Source: Macrostomum lignano (lineage: Eukaryota). From it: a DNA stretch of 64,000 bases. A program made the position numbers and the translations under genes. The stretch spans positions 124,001-188,000 of the forward strand of contig NIVC01001581.1 in the NCBI GenBank assembly GCA_002269645.1, read 5' to 3'. The notes beneath the pieces were generated by a model. The model was not told the DNA's origin, did no database searches, and was given only the letters and a program-made list of their open reading frames with translations. Each line of letters opens with the position of its first letter. Positions within the stretch are counted from its first letter, which is position 1. Positions 33,621 through 46,434 of this stretch are shown here, in pieces.

Positions 33621-36600
33621 TGTGACAATAAATTTAAAAAGAAAATATGCGATATAATGATTCGAAGCTATAAAAAGACATAAAAGTTAAAGATCTTGTG
33701 CGATATAGCAAGTCGCCAGATTTATAAGTTTACCTAATTATTATCATGGCGAAGATCTTGCACAATCTTGCAAGTTTACTTGCACAGCAACCCAAGAAGA
33801 TCCATTTTGATAAGATCTGTTTAAGAATCAACAAGTCAATGTCTTTCTAAGGTACATGCATGTATTTGGACTGCATGGCGGAAATTTGGATTGTCAATTG
33901 AAAACTTATGTAGCTCTGCCTGTACTTTACGACGCTCTGATGCATGAGTAGCATACATTACAGGATTAAACAAGCGGGTCACGGAAATTGGAAAATACTT
34001 TAAACATGAAATTTTTGTCGAGGCGTATTTCTAATAGAAAAATACTTATGTAGTTTTTTTAAATTGGCTGTGTAAAAAAATATATGATTTCATAGCATTT
34101 CGCTCAAGTAAAGAAAATTCGAAGCGGCTTTGTTGAAATTTCGAAGGTGAATGAATATCAAATATTGAAAAATTAAATACGTCGTTGAACGCGCGTGTGG
34201 GTCGTTCTCAAAGTTTAGTCGTAAGCAGTGAAACAAATATTTTTGAAAATCAGCCTGAAATATTGAATCTTTTCTTATTTTAGCTCTAAAAGGACTTAAA
34301 AAATATATGCCTCTCATGGGTCTTAATCTTTTTTAACATTGAACTTTTGATGTTAATCTCATCAGAGTGCGCTATTTCATTTTTCGATATATATTTTTAT
34401 TATCGCACGAGTTATAATACCCACTTTAGAGAAGCTACATTCTGTTCACGTGGTCTTATTAAAGAAGAAAATTGACAAATGTTATTTATAACTTTGGTTA
34501 GCACAACCTAGAACCCATTTAACTCTTTCGATTGCAAAGCAGATGTTGCTATTTCGATTTTTGCTAGAAACGTAACATTATGAATGATAAAAAAATCCAC
34601 TTTTAATTAATTTGTTCTGTTGATAGAATACGCTAATAGCTGCGTTTTCTGCTGTTTTTTAAGAAAGATAGTCATATCTAACACTAAAGTATCAATTAAG
34701 GCAGTTTCATTCTATATTAAGAAAGAAAAGTTAAATAAATTCAATTTTAAGTTTTTTTCAATAGCACAAAATTAACCTAACAAAGAGAGATTTCGCTGAC
34801 TACAACAAAGCAAGTAGCACCAAAGTTATTTTAATTTAAAGTCCTCATCTGTGGGATGAGAAAAAGTACCACTTTTTTGTCTCTAGTTATGAAAAAAAAT
34901 TTTCTCAGCACATTGTTAGGTTTTTTGGATGTTTTTTTATGTACGCTCGTAATTTAGATGAATTTTTGCTATTGATCACCCAATATGTTAGTCAGAACAA
35001 ACAGAATTTGATTTATGTAGATAAAATTGACTTTTTTTCTCTTAAAAACAGTCGTTTTTTGTTGTTTTCACACAATTTTTTCAACTGATTTAAAATTTGT
35101 ATTGTAAGTTACAAGTAAACATAATGAGTCAAAACAAGAGTAGAAGAAAGTAGTAGAAAGTAGTAGTAGAAGAAAGAGAGTAGTAGAAACTGAAAAGAAA
35201 ATAAGAGTAACGAATAATAAAAAAGTTGCATGATTTGATTAGTCAAGAAATAGTATTAAAACAATTTTGTATCTGATTTATTATCAATGAAATTAGCTGT
35301 CTGAAGCACAAAAAATTAATTTTTTTGAAACATTAAATTCATTCTCATATGTTCTGCAATTCATTAAAGATATACATGTAGCAACTTAAACATTCAGTTG
35401 ATACTTTCCACCTTTGGATGCATATAGCTACTAACAAGAAAAAAGACAAAAGAAAAAACTTAATTGCCATTGATGCTGGCAATGTAATATTAAATATGGT
35501 ACAGAAAGATGGAATCTCTACAGAGAGTGCTGCCACACGAATTTTTGAAGTGTTTAACAGATAAGTCATGGCAGTACCATAACAGACATACTATATTTTA
35601 TATTACTCTTCGATTGACAATTACGCTTTAGATATGTTTTAGATGATGATTTTCCATTGGGACTGACTCTATATACCGAGGCCAGACACAGTTAAGTGCG
35701 GCTGACAGCACTGAAGCGGCGGTTAACAGAGAATGCGATGAGCTGTGGCCTGTGGAGACAGCCAGCTGATGTACGAGCATCAGTAGAAGGGAAAGACATC
35801 CAATAGTGTCTTGCTATTGGTTTGTTACATGTACAGCGAACATCTACTTTTATTCTAATGTGATCGATTTAATTCTACTGACCCAATTGGCTAAAGCACT
35901 GTAAACTGCACACCTCTCGGACGGATATGTAATGCCATTTGCTGCACTTTTACCTGTTTCTCTGCCAGAACACCAGCATCATTGTATGTGCCACAATGCT
36001 AAGATGTGCAGTGGTCCTTTGGGTGTGGTTAGTTCTGCAGGCATCGACGTAATTTATCAAATGAGACGAATTGTATACCGAGCATTACAGCTAGTGCAGG
36101 GCCAGAATCGATTACAGAGGTTCGCCAGAGCAATTGCAGTGATCCATGTGGCTGCCGAGTCAGACGTCTGTAATAGGCTAATTAACTTACCAAGACCAAA
36201 GTATTTAATTTAAATTTATAAGCTGTTCTTTTAGTAGTTATGCAGCCTAATTACATAAGAAAATAGTATAGTAAAATAGTAAAATAGTATTAAAGCTATG
36301 TTGCAGAATATAAATGCTTGCTGAAGTATTTTTTTTTAAAAACGCAAGTCTGTTCGAAAAAAGATACATGCATTTTAGGTTTTAAAAGAAATGGCTTCCT
36401 AGCTCGTTTACTATATATATTCTAATTCAAAAAAACTTTTAATGCTTTAAAAGACATATTTTGCAAGCCTAATTTTTAGCTAAACCAGTTTTGTATATTT
36501 TAAGCTTCATATTTCGGTGTTTAAGTACAATAATTAAGTTCTTGAGTGGTACAATATCAATTATTTCGGGTGTTTCTTGTTACGCGATAATTTTAAATAC

Positions 36601-37166
36601 AAGCAATTTATACGAAAAAAACAAAATGTTGATTTAAAAATAACATTTTCTATTGAAATAATACTTATTAAATAGTAAACATAGAATAAAAGATGTATCT
36701 AATTCATAAAAAAATAAAAGAAAACTTGCATTATTTCACAATTTTTGGTCGTTTTATTTTCCGTTGCGAAAAATAACAAATTGCTAGATTTCGTCTTAAA
36801 TATTTGGTTTCTTGTGGTTTTAACGGCAGTTTTTTAATTAAATTGACGAAAGAATCGTTTTTGCAAAATAATTACTTTATTCAAAAACTTTTTTTCTGTA
36901 CCAAAACATCATGACCTTAATTTGAGAACTACCCGTGTAATGTATGCAATGCAGCCATAGTATACAGCTCTTTACGACACTCCGAATTTTGAATAGTTTT
37001 GAATTGGACCCCCACTCGAATCGGGAATTAGCTTTTATCCTAATTCAAGTGTTGTACTTTTGGTAGTGACAAATTTATACAGTAGCTATATTATCGAATA
37101 AAAAAAATCGATTAGGGCCTATTATCTCTTTTTGATAACCAAGCATTCGCCCTTTACAAATCAAAA

Positions 37167-39686
37167 ATGGTTCTAGATATTGATTTGCTAAGGCCTGAAA
37201 AAGGTGGCAATCCAGATCTAGTAAGACAGAGTGAAAAGAACCGTTTCAAAGATGCAACTGTTATTGACAGAATTATTGATCTTGATAATGAGTGGCGCAA
37301 AGGTGTGTAATGCATATCAAATAACATTTCAGTTTACACTAATTTTATCAACTTGTCTTATCTATAGAGTTTATTAGGAATTCAATTATTCATTCATGGC
37401 TAGATATTATTTGAACCTCAACTAAACTTGCTATCTGTAAATGTGCATATATTCCTAAATAGACAGGTATAGGCCTAGCCTTGGAATTTGGCTTAGAAAT
37501 GAGAAAATCTTATAAAATATTGTGAAAACTGTAAATAGGTCTATTTTTCTCTTTTTCTTCTATTTTTCTTTCTTTTTCCTCTTTCCCTTCTTTCTTTTCC
37601 CTCCTTTCTTTTCCTTTTTTCTTCCTCACCTCTTTTCCCTCATTTTTTTGTATTTTGCATTTTAAATTTTGCAACTTATCTTGGCCAGTGGCCATTTTAC
37701 CCACTTAGTTTGGATAGGTCAGATGGATTTTTGGCATGTATGAATAGGCCTAATGCATTTGAGAAAGATATTTAATATTTATTTTTTTCCTAAATTTATT
37801 TTTTCTTTATATTCTTTTTATTAATAAAATGATTCTTTTAAAAGATTTTTTATAGTCCTATAAAATTATAGGATGAGTTGCTTTTTAATCTCAAACAAGT
37901 TTAATTTTTTATCTTTTTTTTTCTACTTTGTTATAAAATTTTTCATTTATACTTTTGCTATCATATAATTATAAGTAGATAGAAATTTTATCTAAAATGT
38001 TTTTATCAAAAGCCTTTTTGTGAATTAGTAGGCCTTATTTAGTCATTTTATTGAATAATAATAAAAAGAATATGCATTATTTTAAAGGTAATTTAAAAAA
38101 TAGGCCTATTTATTTATAATAAAGTAAATAATTTAATTCCTTAATTAAAAAAGGTTAAAATCAAAAAAGAATTTTACTTATTGTTTAAAGTTGTGTTTTG
38201 AAAATAAAATACATTTGGCAAAATCAAAAAAATAGGGGATAAAATGATAAAACAAATTTGTAGACATTCAATAGAAAGTAATGTATTTAAAAAGCTTTTT
38301 GAAAGACAGATAAGTCTTTAAAAATAGTTCTGGATAAAAACTATTGTTTTAATGCTTTACATTGCTGAATATATAAGTAAAAAAAACTACAAAAAGCATT
38401 TTAAAAGTCCAAAATGACTGATTCGAAATTTTTGGTTTCACTTTTTTCATTAATAAACAATTAATTTTAAGACTCATAGACTTTAGAAAAGGCTAATTTT
38501 TTACTACTCACAAAACAGAAAGTAATATGTGTTTTACTTTTTTATTTTAAAAGATAAAATATTTCCAAGAAAAGTTTTTCTAAAACCACATAAACTCGCA
38601 AAAATTCATGCTAATTTAAAGTACAAAGTTTGCCAGTTAACATTTTTTCTAAAAGTAAATATACCACTAATTCCTTGTTGCAAAAAATCTTCAAGTTGTT
38701 TTCTTTCATTTAAATATTAACTTGCATAGTATTAATGTATGTAATATGCCTATATTTATTTAGACTTAAAAATTTTGGATAAAAAATGGTACCACAAAAT
38801 ATGATTCCGGCATCCAAAATTAAATGCTTATTGTAAGCTTATGAGGCAACAAAGAACAATAAAATTACACTCAAATATGTATCATCGCGGTATGCATGCA
38901 GGAAAAAAAGATTTTTTTCAAATTGCTTCTATAGAAGCCAAGTAAAATGCAAATTTCCGATCCTTATAGGAATTCCAATGTGTTACCTGGCTTCCAAATC
39001 AGATGCTTACTGTATGCTTATTAAATGACAAAGAACAATGAAATTACACTTAAATATATATAATTGCGGCGTGTATGCTGGAAAAAAAGAATTTTCCAAA
39101 TCGCTTCAGTAGAAACTGAATAAAATGCAACTTTCCGATCCTTATAGGAATTTGTATGCTGAAATAATAACTTACGTTGAATACAGTATTTATTGCAAAT
39201 GAACTCTACAAAGTACATGTTGTCAATAGTAACAAAAGTGATAAACAAAAAACCCTTTAAAAGAATATTAATATGTTTTAGCATTATACAATGTAATATT
39301 ATAAGATACTTTAAGTTAATAAATAAATTATTAGAGTTTTTCTATCTTTTTATTAGGGTCATTTTAGGTTGTAAATTTTTATTTTTAGTATATAGACTTA
39401 GAGATTTAGTATATTTGGATTTAATTTATTGTTTTAACAAATCATGTTAAAAAATAAGGCTATATGTGAATAATTTTTGCTTTTATAGATGTTTTCAACT
39501 TTTTAAAACTTAAGTAAATTTATTTTATAGCTTTTTTGCTTTCAACTTGCAAAAAAACAAATTTTCAAAAAACTTGCCCCCAATTTTTGGATTTTGCCAT
39601 TTTTTAATACTATATTGCATTTTCAATCATCTGATTAATTTTTTTCATTTTGATCACTTTAGAAAGTAATGTAGCAATGAATTAAT

Positions 39687-39731
<45 letters not shown>

Positions 39732-42700
39732 TTTCTTAGAAAAACTTTGTTTAAACAACAAGTAAGTTTTTTTTCAATGCATTGGGCTTATTTTAACAAG
39801 ACATTAATATGCTTGGGTGCAACCTAGGGATTTACCTGGCCATTTCTATTGGCAACACACATATGTAAGTTACTATTAGATGGAATAGTAGTCATATGCA
39901 TACATGCACAACAGTCCACCAAGTCGGCCAATCTGGCTGACCAATTTGGCAGCCAACCAAAGAAGTTGCAAAAATGCCCACCCGAAAAAACGCCGAAGTA
40001 GTAGTACTAAGTAGCTGACGAGGCATTGCGGCTTAATAAGACAGTCATAGTTACTCCTGCCGTTTACCCAAAGTTGCGTTAATTTTGCTTTAGGGTTTTT
40101 TTACATGTAAGTCGCATTTTTGGCCAAAAACTACGTCGCATTTTTGGCCAAAAACTACGTCGCATTTTTGTTAAAACTAAGTTGCACGCCCGCCCGAATT
40201 TTGGAGGTTGTGCATGTATGGTCATATGACTACTCTCAGCCAATAGCAACTTACATGTGTGTGTATGTGTGTTGCCAATAGAAATGGCCAAGTGATTCCC
40301 AAGGTTGCGCATATATGGATATCAAAATAATTAATCTTAGTATTTACTCAAATTTGATATAAAATCATGCACTTATCTAGGGCTTAGACCCTAATTTCTA
40401 CTATTGGAAAAATTTTCCCAAAATAACTATTTAACAAAATTATTTTTTACAAATTATCTTAGAATTTAATTATTATATATACTATGCTAAAAAATAGTCC
40501 TATCTACTCCCTAGTCTATCTAATTTGCTATCTATATATATGTCAACCCCAGGCTCCCCTCAGAAAAGCTTTGAAATGTGGCAAAAATCATTAAACTCTG
40601 GTGCTCTACACCCTATCTATGAAATCAAGCACTCCAATAGTTTTTTGTCTCAGTTCTTGATTAACCAATATTACTGTAGATATGGAAACAAGGTATGGGA
40701 AGATATGTTCTGTCTAAAAGCCTTTGTGTCTGTAACTTCACATCCAAATTGGTAACTTGTAACCAACTCAGTCATTTTAATTCTATTTATTAAATTAATA
40801 TTTTAGCCCGTTACACTGGCGACCAACTAAACCGGCTTAGAAATGCCTGCGGCAAGGCTGTTGGAGAAAGGAAAAAGGTAGGTGAAGCAGATGTGAGATA
40901 ATTCAGTTTATCGTATGCTTGGCATCCTGACCCAAATTCATTTTCAGGCTAAAGAGGCTGATGGCGAGGATCTGCCAATTCCTGAATCGCTCACTGCTAA
41001 CCCGGCTGAGGTCAAGCCTGAGGATTTGAAGGTTCAATAAATTGCTGCTGTTGTTTCTATATTCTTCATTATGCGTCATTTAAACTTCTATTGTGTATTT
41101 TATTGAACTTCCAGATCCTGTCAGTCCTTCAGCTGAAATCCTACGGCCGTTTTATTGGCGAGACTATAGTGAAAAATGAGCAGATTATTGACCAATTGAA
41201 AAATGATCGCGACAATCTGCTCAGAGAGGTTGGCAACCTGCTGCACAAGGATGTAGTTGTTAGCGACAATGAGGTATAGTAACCATATTTTAATGTAGTC
41301 AGAAGGGGGTTGTAGCCTAGTGGTCAGAGCTTCGGACTCACGACTGTCCTTTGAGCAAGACGCTTGACTCTGAATGCTTCAGTTCACCCAGCTGTAAAAT
41401 GGGTGCCAGCATTAGCTGGGGTAATTGATTGTGTGTGGCGACCTCCCCCCCCCCCCACAAGTCCTTGGACTGAACAGCCGTATGCAACCTTCAGATGCGC
41501 CGCGCAATAGCTGCAGCTGAGCTGTCGGTTGCACAAGTGTTGGTGGCGGGTGTAATCAATTTTTATGACTGTTGTTATTATTATTATTGTCAGGTGTGAA
41601 TAATTGATCTATGGGTAGTTTTCTCAACTCAACTCTCACACGTAAAAGAATATTCTTAAACACGGCATTCACTGTTCAAGAAAAATAAAACAATGCCAAA
41701 TAATGATTCCGTTTCGCAGGACAACAATGCCATCATTCGTCAGCATGGTGACGTCACCACCCGCTATCAATACTCGCACGTAGACCTGGTGACCATGATT
41801 GACGGCTTTGACGGGGAGCGAGGCACCCGAACAGCTGGTGGTAGGGGCTATTATTTGAAGGGCCCGTGCGTGTTCTTGGAGCAGGCACTGATGCAGCTGG
41901 GCCTGCACCTGCTGCTGGATGAAGGCTACGAAGCGTTGCTAACTCCATACTTCATGCGCAAGGACGCTATGCAGGTGAGACTGCTGGTTTTGAGGACTTC
42001 CTATGAGACTATGAGATTTTCTGTCTAAGATCTAGTGAGATTTCCTATCTCAGATTTGTGAGATTTCCTATCTGAGATTTGTGAGATTTCCTACCTAAGA
42101 TTTGTGAGATTTCCTATCTGAGATTTGTGAGATTTCCTATCTAAGATTTGTGAGATTTCCTATTTGAGATTTTTAAGATTTCCTGTGAGATTTCCTACCT
42201 AATATTTGTGAGATTTCCTATATTATATTAGTGAGATTTCCTATCTGTGATCAGTGAGATTTCCTATCTGAGATTTGTGAGATTTCCAGTTATATATAAG
42301 CTGTATGTCTGCATCTCACAGGCCGTAGCCCAGCTCAACCAGTTCGACGAAGAGCTCTACAAAGTGATCGGCAAGCGCAGCGACGTCAAAGGCGACGCTG
42401 AACTCGAAGAGAAATATCTCATAGCCACTTCTGAGCAGCCTATCGCCGCTTTCCATCGTGGCGAATGGCTGAATCCGGCCACTCTGCCGCTGAAGTACGC
42501 CGGCATCAGCGCCTGCTTCCGTCAGGAGGTCGGCTCGCACGGCCGGGACACTCGCGGCATATTTCGGGTGCACCAGTTTCACAAGGTTGAGCAGTTCTGC
42601 ATCACTAGCCCGCTAGATGGGGCCTCTGAGGCGATGTTTGCCTCTATGGTGGCTAACGCTGAGAAATTCTATCAGCTGTTGGGCATTCCCTATCGAGTTG

Positions 42701-43912
42701 TCAGCATTGTGTCCGGCGAACTGAACAATGCTGCCGCGATTAAACACGATTTAGAAGGCTGGTTCCCTGGTAGCGGCGCTTTCCGAGAGCTCGTGTCATG
42801 CAGCAATTGTACCGACTATCAGGCTAGGAGCTTGCAGGTGAGCGGGACTACCCTTGATTGATTGAATCTATTTTATTACACTGTGTCCTTTGACTGTTTA
42901 TCTGTTGGTCTTCACTTCCTAACTTGCGCTTTTGTCTGTCATTCTCCCTCTCCCCTATCTACCCTTTTCCTGCTCCCTTATCTACCCTTCTCCGGCTCCC
43001 CTATCTACCTTTCTCTCTCTCCCCTATCTACCCTTCTCTCTCTCCCTTATCTACCCTTCTCCGGCTCCCTTATCTACCCTTCTACTGCTCCCTTATCTAC
43101 CCTTCTCTCTCTCCCTTATCTACCCTTCTCCTGCTCCCTTATCTACCCTTCTCCCTCTCCCTTATCTACCCTTCTGCTCCCTTATCTACCCTTCTCCTGC
43201 TCCCTTATCTACCCTTCTGCTCCCTTATCTACCCTTCTCCTGCTCCCTTATCTACCCTTCTCCTGCTCCCTTATCTACCCTTCTCCTGCTCCCTTATCTA
43301 CCCTTCTCCTGCTCCCTTATCTACCCTTCTCCTGCTCCCTTATCTACCCTTCTCCTGCTCCCTTATCTACCCTTCTCCTGCTCCCTTATCTACCCTTCTC
43401 CCGCTCCCTTATCTACCCTTCTCCCGCTCCCTTATCTACCCTTCTCCCGCTCCCTTATCTACCCTTCGCATGTTCAAAAGAAACATGCAGAACTATTTAT
43501 TAAAGTGTTTGAATTGAAGTTCTGCTTGAATGGTAAAATGGTGTATTCGCTTCCAGTTTTTCCCAGAGTCCAATGGTATATATTAAGTGTAGGACGCGTT
43601 TTGTTAACTAATAGTAATAATTAAATTATCAAGTGCAATTTTCAATGCGCCTATTTCCCACCCCTCCCTATCTTAAAGGTGCACTTCGGCCAGACCAAGA
43701 AGCAAAACGATGAGGCGCCCTATGTGCACATGCTAAACGGGACAATGTGCGCCACTACTAGGACAATCTGCGCCATACTGGAGAACTGTCAAGAGTCTGA
43801 CGGCATCCGGGTGCCCGAGGCTCTGCGCCACCTCATGCCGGCCAAGTATCGCGAGAAAATTCCCTTTGTTAAGCCGCCGCCTGTTGTTGAGAAAGTGGCC
43901 GAGAGCAAGTGA
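37167..43912 (+). CDS. SARS1: Cytosolic seryl-tRNA synthetase, 7 exons (37167-37302, 40807-40877, 40948-41031, 41115-41273, 41720-41974, 42322-42837, 43679-43912), 484 aa
   Basis: [18 protein letters not shown]-terminus; GRGYYLKG; [10 protein letters not shown]; motif 2 [21 protein letters not shown]; [14 protein letters not shown]; motif 3 [20 protein letters not shown]. All junctions are GT-AG and phase-consistent (total 1455 nt). Exons 1-3 are absent from the ORF track. Confidence 0.96.
38820..39150. repeat. Diverged ~180-bp tandem duplication in SARS1 intron 1
   Basis: Both halves share acaaagaacaat.aaattacact.aaata and tttccgatccttataggaatt. Confidence 0.75.
39819..40308. mobile_element. 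MITE-like element with ~110-bp terminal inverted repeats in SARS1 intron 1
   Basis: gcaacc.agggat.tacctggccatttctattggcaacaca...catgcacaac at the left is the reverse complement of the right end. Internal 24-bp direct repeat gtcgcatttttggccaaaaactac. TSD not clear. Confidence 0.75.
41305..41560 (+). mobile_element. tRNA-derived SINE (Deu/Nin-like core) lacking its B box, SARS1 intron 4
   Basis: A box TAGCCTAGTGG (41313-41323), then tgtcctttgagcaagacgcttgactc...ttcacccagctgtaaaatgggtgcc, which resembles the conserved metazoan SINE central domain as I recall it. No GGTTCGA in between. Confidence 0.6.
42025..42290. repeat. 23-bp minisatellite (agatttgtgagatttcctatctg), SARS1 intron 5
   Basis: Direct inspection. 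Confidence 0.9.
42945..43468. repeat. 23-bp pyrimidine-rich minisatellite (ctcccttatctacccttctcctg), SARS1 intron 6
   Basis: Direct inspection; explains the three overlapping LSTLL/PYLPF ORFs. Confidence 0.95.
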
Positions 43913-44049
43913 GCAGTTGCGTTGCGGACTTTGAAATTTCCAGAATTTTAGAGGCCCGTCTTTAATAATTTGTAAAGGGAATTTGTTTTAGTCTTAAATT
44001 CAATTTTTTTTGGTATTCCCCTAGCATACGTGAATACGTGAATTCCTTC

Positions 44050-44610
44050 CCTTAAGCATACGGGATTCCCGAGGGTATTCTCCAAGCACACAGGATTCCC
44101 AAGGGTATTCCCCAAGCATACTGGATTCCCAAGGGTATTCCCAAGCATACGGGATTTCCAAGGGTATTCCCCAAGCATACGGGATTCCCGAGGGTATTCC
44201 CCCAGCATGCGGGATTCCCAAGGGTATTCCCCAAACACACAGGATTCCCAAGGGTATTCCCAAGCATACGGGATTCCCAACCCCAGGGGTACTGGGATAC
44301 GGAATTCCCAACCCCAGGGTACTCCCCAAGCATATGGGATTTCCAAGGGTATTCCCTAAGCACACGGGATTCCCGAGGGTATTCCCCAAGCATACGGAAT
44401 TCTAACCCCAGGGGTACTCCCCAAGCATACAGAATTCTAACCCCAGGGGTACTCCCCAAGCATACGGAATTCTAACCACAGGGGTACTCCCCAAGCATAC
44501 AGAATTCTAACCCCAGGGGTACTCCCCAAGCATACGGAATTCTAACCCCAGGGGTACTCCCCAAGCATACGGGATTTCCCAGGGTATTCCCCAAGCATAT
44601 GGGAATTTCC
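44050..44610. repeat. 30-35-bp minisatellite downstream of SARS1
   Basis: Unit ccccaagcatacgggattcccaagggtatt and 35-bp variants. Confidence 0.9.
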
Positions 44611-45429
44611 TGCGGATTCTTTAAACCGGAGTGAACTAAAGAAATTCATCAATTAAATAGAGATTCCAAAGGGTTTAGGAGTTCTCAATAGTTTGACAAT
44701 GCCATGGTTAAACCACCGTTATTTGACTATTGCTAGTACTATTGCTTTTGGTTTAGGGCACCACAAGTTTACTAACTAAAGAAAGAATAAGCAGCCTATA
44801 AACAACTTAAATTTTAACTGAATTTTCTCCGTGGCTAATTGGCACGTTTCTTCTTTATTTAACCACTTGTTTGAATATTTCTAACTACTGCTCTAATCAA
44901 ATTAGCTACTTATAATTAAATAACTTATTAAGATATTTAATTACAGCTTAATATTTTTAGTTTGTCTGCATTGCTAAGTGGTATAATTGTTTCATTTATG
45001 CTACTATTAGTAGGATGTTAACAATCTTTCTCCCTTCGCTTGACACAAAATCGGCTTTGTTGCTATTCTTGCAATCGATATTTAGCAAGCAATAAAGTTA
45101 TTGAACTGCGTTATTAATATTGACAAAAATGCACGTTGACAAACTTAACTTTCTCTTTGTCACTTTCTAATTTTCCCGCGTGATGCGTCTGTCAAGAACT
45201 ATAATAATTTTAGCCGTATATTTGTGGTGTTGCTTCTTTTGTGCTGGAAATGAATACGATTGAATAAATGAGTAATTTAAATGCGGTAGTTAATGGGGTA
45301 AATGTTTCTGGATTTAAAATTTTTCTGCCGATTTTTTATTATGTACTTTATGGACTTTGCTTTTGGTCATCTTAGTAATGATAATTTAAAAGGTGGAAAT
45401 TTAAGCGAGTCCCTTTAAGACACAGGGAA

Positions 45430-45880
45430 TCAAAGGGTATTCCAGAGGGCGTAAGGAATCCCAGCGAATTCCATATGGAATGGGGAATCTAAGGGAATCC
45501 CCTATGGAATGGTGAATCCAAGAGAATCCCTTCTGGAAGAGGGAATCCTAGGGAATCACTTATGAAATGGGGAATCCAAAGGAAACCTTTATGAAATGAG
45601 GAATCCAAGGAATCCCTATGGAATGAGAAATCCTAGGAAATCCCTTAGTGGACTGGGAAGTCCTAGAGTGGAGAGTGGGGAATCCTAGGGAATCCCTTAT
45701 GGATGGGGGAATCCTAGGGAATCCCTTATGGAATGGGGAATCCAAGGCAATCCCCTATCGAGTGGGGAATCCTAGGGAATCCCTTATGGAGTGGGGAATC
45801 CTAGGGAATCCCTATGGAATGAGAAATCCAATGCAATTTCATAACGCACAAGGGATCCTCCTAGGGCATGGGGAATCCAG
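45430..45880. repeat. ~30-bp minisatellite (gggaatcctagggaatcccttatggaatg)
   Basis: Its reverse complement resembles the 44050-44610 unit. Confidence 0.85.
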
Positions 45881-46434
45881 AGATAATCAGCCTCCTACGT
45901 CGTAACAATGTGAAGTTCTATTTAACCTATATATTTATAGTTTAGTCAAGGCAATTCAAAAATTAAAGTGCATAAAATTGGTAATGATAAGAATAATAAT
46001 AGTAATAATAACTAATAATGGAATAAACTGACTGTTTATTTTTTATACCTTATGGCCCCATGCAGTGCGCAAAGAAGCACAAAATTCTTGACAATATAAA
46101 ACGTATATATCGTACTAAAACTATCTCTACAAAGCTCTATAGACAACATATTAGCACTATGCACGGTAACTAATAGTAAAGTAATTGCAATAATTGTTTC
46201 AACGAAACTCAACAGCACTTTGCTTCTTAGAAAGCAAAAGTTCATGAACTATTATGGCGCGAAATTTCGATACTTAAAGTTCATACTGTCCCAAGCGTTA
46301 TGCATTTGCTGCCAAACATTTCTGGGGAGGATTATTCTTTCTGCAATGCGCTTCTTAGCTTGTTAAACAGGATCAGTCATACATGTTGGATCTGGATGTA
46401 TCTACTAGTAGTCTATATGTAACTTTTCTAATTT

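Noticed and set aside
35345-35569. Signal-peptide-like MAIKFFLLSFFLLVAIC on the minus strand
   Set aside because: Derived from an A-rich tract; no supporting downstream exon.
35954-36167. Minus-strand exon-like segment reading LLWRT...GIQFVSFDKLRRCL, reminiscent of a mitochondrial carrier C-terminus
   Set aside because: No P-x-D/E-x-x-K/R signature, no upstream exons found before the SARS1 promoter, and all three frames stop inside the AG...GT interval.
41305-41345. Possible tRNA gene (also 18975-19048)
   Set aside because: No complete cloverleaf; the sequence continues into SINE-type bodies.
42862-43624. Three overlapping ~200-aa ORFs
   Set aside because: All three frames of a 23-bp pyrimidine minisatellite in SARS1 intron 6.
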